A DNA stretch of 50,849 bases from a virus (taxonomy: Duplodnaviria > Caudoviricetes): the IMG/VR virus record IMGVR_UViG_3300033156_000246, positions 1 through 50,849 of that record; one strand, given 5' to 3'. This document shows positions 46,613 to 50,849 of the stretch, in pieces (position 1 is the first letter of the stretch; the number at the start of each line of letters is the position of its first letter). A model generated the notes under the pieces. It was not told the DNA's origin, ran no database searches, and worked only from the letters and a program-made list of their open reading frames with translations. A program made the position numbers and the translations under genes.

Positions 46613-47974
46613 TCACCTCTCAAACTTATCTTTCACCAAATTCCAATCCAAACCAAGCCTCTCACACAACTCTTTAGCCTTATCGGCTTCACTCACCTCG
46701 GTCTGGGTTATCTCAACATCAGTCGAAACAACATTCTCTTCTTCACTAAACATCAAATTCTCCTTAATCTTGGTAAGCAGCTCAATCTTCTCTCCGTCAG
46801 ACTTTGCAAACATAAGTAACTCCTCTGGATTCTTGAACCCAAGCTTCTTGACTTCAGCAATAAGCTCCTTCAGTCTGTTCTCCCTCCATGCCATAAACTC
46901 TTTGTACTCATCCTCGCTGAGCATTATCTGTATCTTACTACTGTCCGCACTAGTACCACTCTCCGCAAGCACTGGCTCTGGCTTAACTTCGGTCTCGCTG
47001 ACTGTATGCTCAACACTAACCTCAGTTGTCATGTTATCTTCTACAACATCTTCAGTCGTGTTCTCAACCACCTCTTCGATTGCAGGCATCTCAACTGCTT
47101 CTCCTACAGCTTTCTCTTCAACCTTCTCCTCTACATTCTCTTCAACCGTATCCACGCCACTTTCCATCTCAACAACTGCAACCTCTTCTGCTTTGGCTTC
47201 AGGAACTGCTGGGTTAGGCACGAACGCTATACCAACAATTCTCATGTCTGGGCTAATCTCCGCAGACACCTTGTAGTAGCCATCCCTGAGTATCTTCTCA
47301 AACTGCTCAAAGACATAGCCTTTCCACTTAACCACTGGCTCTCCATCTTCCTCCTCAAGCCATATCTTCGTAGCATATCCTATGTGCTCCCTTATGTGGT
47401 GTGTCAAGTATAGCTTGATGTTTGGCACAGTGTTCTCAACCAGAGCACGAATATCATTATCAGTAAACGTAACTGGTTCTCCACTGAGTGGTGTAAACGT
47501 TCCCGGATATATCAATGTCCCTTCTGCAACAATGACCTCTCCCTGCTTCTCGATGTTGTAGCTGTTTGCAAGCTCTATCTCAACATTTGGATTCTCTTCC
47601 TCCTCAGCCAAGTGGAACTCTGGTGGCTCTTTTCCGAACTCTCTGTAGTGTGCAGCAAGATGGTTGTAGACTTTTCTCATGTCCTCACGTGGTATGTTAA
47701 CTCCTCCTCTTGCACCAAGTAGTGCACCCATTGCAGCTCTCACTGCACTCCACACAACAGCGTGGTTCTTAGGATTGTGATGTGGCAACTTGAGGTCTGT
47801 GAATCTGTCTGGTGGATTCTTTGGTGTCCACGCATAGTGAGCTGCTATGTCTTTCTTCTCGTCAACAGTTAGCTCATCCCATGATTTCTTTGTAAAGTCT
47901 GCAAGATCAGGTTTAGTCCAGTTACTCTCAGCATCAGTCTTGTATGACCACCTATGTTTTGGAACTACCCCCAT
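46613..47974 (-). CDS. Prohead protease/scaffold fusion with extra N-terminal domain
   Basis: Protease H..SAE..GIAFVPNPAV, acidic linker, helical scaffold; N-terminal LKLPHH domain. Confidence 0.75.
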   Translation of the reverse strand: MGVVPKHRWSYKTDAESNWTKPDLADFTKKSWDELTVDEKKDIAAHYAWTPKNPPDRFTDLKLPHHNPKNHAVVWSAVRAAMGALLGARGGVNIPREDMRKVYNHLAAHYREFGKEPPEFHLAEEEENPNVEIELANSYNIEKQGEVIVAEGTLIYPGTFTPLSGEPVTFTDNDIRALVENTVPNIKLYLTHHIREHIGYATKIWLEEEDGEPVVKWKGYVFEQFEKILRDGYYKVSAEISPDMRIVGIAFVPNPAVPEAKAEEVAVVEMESGVDTVEENVEEKVEEKAVGEAVEMPAIEEVVENTTEDVVEDNMTTEVSVEHTVSETEVKPEPVLAESGTSADSSKIQIMLSEDEYKEFMAWRENRLKELIAEVKKLGFKNPEELLMFAKSDGEKIELLTKIKENLMFSEEENVVSTDVEITQTEVSEADKAKELCERLGLDWNLVKDKFER

Positions 47975-47983
47975 AACATCACC

Positions 47984-49435
47984 TCACGGTTTCTTAGTCT
48001 GCTCCTCACTCTGTGGTGTCATTGGAGCAGACGGCTCATCACTTTTTACTACATCATTAACCACATCTGCGATTGACTTATCACCCGCCTTACGTGGTTT
48101 GTTACTAACAACTAACTCATCTTCAGGCAACTCTCCATACCCAAGATGAGCACGAATCTCATTGCGTGTAAACACTCCCAAGTCAGCCATTATTGCTGCT
48201 TGTCTAAACAACTCCATCTTGGATGTCTCAAGTATCAACTCAAGCTTTATATCCAGCTTATCAACAGGCAACGTATCATCGATGACTGTGATGATTTCCC
48301 TTGTAAGCTCAAGCAATGCGTTCTTTATCTTCTCAGCAATACGCATCACTTTTGCAGTCAGGTAACCCGAAACAACCAGCTCTGACGCATATGAAGACCT
48401 GCTTCTACCAGACACAACAGACTCAGGTATGTTCATTGCCATCCACAGGTACTCTGTCATCTGTGTAATCAGCTCATTAGGTGAAGCATATTTACCACCG
48501 CTTGGGTCAATCGTCTTAATCGTAACTGTGTCAAGTGTGACATACCCATGGTCTGGCTCTTGCTCTTTAATCATCTCACCATACTGCCTAATCGTGTTCT
48601 CTGCATCTCTCTTAGCAGCACTTAATCTCTCCTGTATTGTACCACTATAATTTCTCAGGTCAAATGACTCTGAGCTTATCACATGGTGCTCACGTGGTAT
48701 GTTTCTGTAACGCCACAGTATGTCGATAATCATTGCTTCTCTCTTCCACCACACTGGAAACACAGCTCTCATCAACGGTGAAATGGAGTAGATGCCATAA
48801 GTCATTCTGCCCTTGCGATCTTTGAGAAACACAGGTGTGTCTTTGTACTTGATATGAATTACTTGGTCTGCTGGGATAATTCTCTGGTTGCCACGTGGGT
48901 CTCCTTCATTCAACACATAGTATTTTGCTGACGTGATAACATTGTCTCCCACTATACCAACTCTATCTCGTGAGTCAACTATCGTGACATTTTTGTTGGG
49001 CAATATCGTTAGCTTGGGAAAACCAGTGCTGGTTTTCTCTTTGAGAATGTAAACATTGCCATATATCATCAATAGCTCAGTTAGTGTCTCAAACAACTCT
49101 TGGAACTTGTACTTGTCTGATATTTGTCTTGCCAACTCAAGCACACGTCTCTCTTCCTCTTCAACAGTATCTCCTACTCTTTCAATCGTAAAGCCTTTGT
49201 ATGCAAGTGCAACCAGTGCTGACAACCTATCTATTGCTCCCCCAACCTCTGGCTCATATGCATATATCTGTTCGTAGATGTCTTCCATTGACATTTGGTC
49301 AAATCGTGATAAGCTTGATAAGTTTGCGATTAAGCCAGATACGATGGACTTACCAATAGGTCTGTCATACTGGTAACGTATCTCAGGTGTGCTTCCAAAC
49401 TTCAGCAATCCTTTAACTTTATCCCAAATTCTCAT
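47984..49435 (-). CDS. Portal protein
   Basis: LMIYGNVY, VIHIK, YGIYSISPL, TRNEIRAHLGY. Confidence 0.88.
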   Translation of the reverse strand: MRIWDKVKGLLKFGSTPEIRYQYDRPIGKSIVSGLIANLSSLSRFDQMSMEDIYEQIYAYEPEVGGAIDRLSALVALAYKGFTIERVGDTVEEEERRVLELARQISDKYKFQELFETLTELLMIYGNVYILKEKTSTGFPKLTILPNKNVTIVDSRDRVGIVGDNVITSAKYYVLNEGDPRGNQRIIPADQVIHIKYKDTPVFLKDRKGRMTYGIYSISPLMRAVFPVWWKREAMIIDILWRYRNIPREHHVISSESFDLRNYSGTIQERLSAAKRDAENTIRQYGEMIKEQEPDHGYVTLDTVTIKTIDPSGGKYASPNELITQMTEYLWMAMNIPESVVSGRSRSSYASELVVSGYLTAKVMRIAEKIKNALLELTREIITVIDDTLPVDKLDIKLELILETSKMELFRQAAIMADLGVFTRNEIRAHLGYGELPEDELVVSNKPRKAGDKSIADVVNDVVKSDEPSAPMTPQSEEQTKKP

Positions 49436-50815
49436 CAGAACACCTTAACCTGTGATGGTGAGAACTTAATCTTCGTAGCAGATGCAATTTCGTCATTTTG
49501 TGTTAGCATCCAAATTACGTTGGCTACACAATCTGACACATCTTTACTGCCACCATAGGGATGATCTACACGTTTGTCGTTAATTACAAGCAACGATTCA
49601 GCTTCTTTTCTCAAAATATCATACTCACACACTCTAACTGTACTTTCATCCTGCATTTCCTTCCATCTATCGTAATCTTCTTTCTTAACAATGTGCTGAA
49701 CAACAATTAGACCAAGCTCATCCTGCATCCACTCTATTAGCTCAGGATACATCCACGTATCAAACACTACTGCAAAGATATTATAACGAGTGACTATGCT
49801 GTATAAGAACTGCTTTATTTCCTTAGGAGAGATGAAGGGTTGGTCGGTTTCACGGGTAAAGCGATAAGCACCGTCTATGACCACAGTCCCATCTTCAGCG
49901 AGGTAGCCAAAGGCAAGTCCAAAGGCATCGTTCCTCACAGCAGGGTCTATAGCCAGCACCCTGAGGTAGTTAGTGTCTCTCACGTCGTTAAGCAGGGCTT
50001 TGTTTTCTCCTTCCAGTTTGACCCCATTGGGGAACTCCAGCATAGTTGTTACAGTTGGTTTACACCCGTAGTCTCTCCAGAACTCAGCAGGGTTGTGCTT
50101 GTGTTCCTCCCAAAGCTGTTCAAACGTGAGGTTCGGATTCACCTCCCAAGTTGGTGTCACATAGACGAGAGCACTTGGATCGTCCTGATAGTTCTTAGCA
50201 AGTGTCATGATTATGTCGTTTGGATGCTTCGGAGAGGATATTGCTATCACTTTACCGTGCTGCCCAAGTGTGTCTGTGGATTTGCTCAACCTTGTGTAGA
50301 TTTCCCATGCACCTCTCTTACCAGTGTTCTCCTCAAAGTAGCTTATCTCGTCGAATACGACAAGCTTGGACGTTCTACCAACTGCTGTGTTAGTCCACGA
50401 AGACAACAACTGCAGCTTGACATTCTTATCCTCACAGAATATGAAATCCTTTCTGAACTCAAGGTTCAGCACTTCGTTGATGAAATCGTTGTACTTCATC
50501 AAGTGGACAATGTGCCCAAATACTGCATCATCTGCTGTATCGGTCGATGTGGCAACAATATTGATCTGGGTCTGATAGTGTGCAAAGTGAAAACAACTCG
50601 TATGCAGCTATCCACGCAGAAAGCAAGCTTTTTCCTGACCTCATCCCTGAAACCCAAACCAATTTGCGGTAGTCTCCTGAATAGAATTTACGTATGATTT
50701 CTTCTTGCTTTGGAAATGGAGTACTACCGAGGATATTTTTGATGAAGTACAGTGGGTCAGAACGAGCCTTAGCAACTTCCAAGACGTATTTACATGGGTC
50801 TTTCAACGTGCTCAT
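49435..50815 (-). CDS. terL: Terminase large subunit, split by a +1 frameshift near 50560-50595
   Basis: PFPKQ, Walker A GMRSGKS in ORF1; INIVATS, Walker B VFDEI, ISSP, AIDPA, KDVSD in the +1 frame. Confidence 0.85.
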
Positions 50816-50849
50816 CTTTCTATAACCTGATACCAAACCTCTCCCGGCT
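50736..50849. repeat. Terminal direct repeat (114 bp), copy 2
   Basis: Identical to 1-114. Confidence 0.95.

Noticed and set aside
49840-50697. 285-aa + strand ORF (likewise 46557-47276, 41266-41853, 19402-20064, 9591-10193)
   Set aside because: Antisense shadows of well-supported genes; no motifs or SD

Overview
This window looks like a complete, circularly assembled genome (~50.7 kb; bases 1-114 repeat at 50736-50849) of an archaeal head-tail virus (Caudoviricetes, siphovirus-like: tail tube and tape measure, no sheath). An archaeal host is inferred from GGAGGTGA/GGTGA ribosome sites, BRE-TATA promoters, poly-T terminators, PCNA, an MCM-like helicase and an ERCC4 nuclease. There are two arms. 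The rightward arm (2.8-31.8 kb) holds dozens of small early genes, an RNA-ligase/kinase/methyltransferase cluster, replication and recombination genes, and a two-methylase island. The leftward arm starts at ~1.36 kb and wraps through the contig junction: TerS candidate, speD, frameshifted TerL, portal, protease/scaffold, capsid, tail, fibres and a phosphoesterase. An AT-rich, repeat-laden 1.4 kb gap separates the divergent arm starts. I found no integrase, DNA polymerase or CRISPR array. The most notable unexplained features are: (1) a structured non-coding region ending in a D-armless tRNA-like element; (2) six dispersed ~110-125 bp quasi-symmetric intergenic elements with helically phased TCTSA/TSAGA motifs; (3) a strand-biased TTTAA(A)GGG motif tied to tandem G-U hairpins; (4) a possible non-canonical RNA heal/seal/methylate repair system. 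All protein calls come from motif recognition by eye, not database searches.
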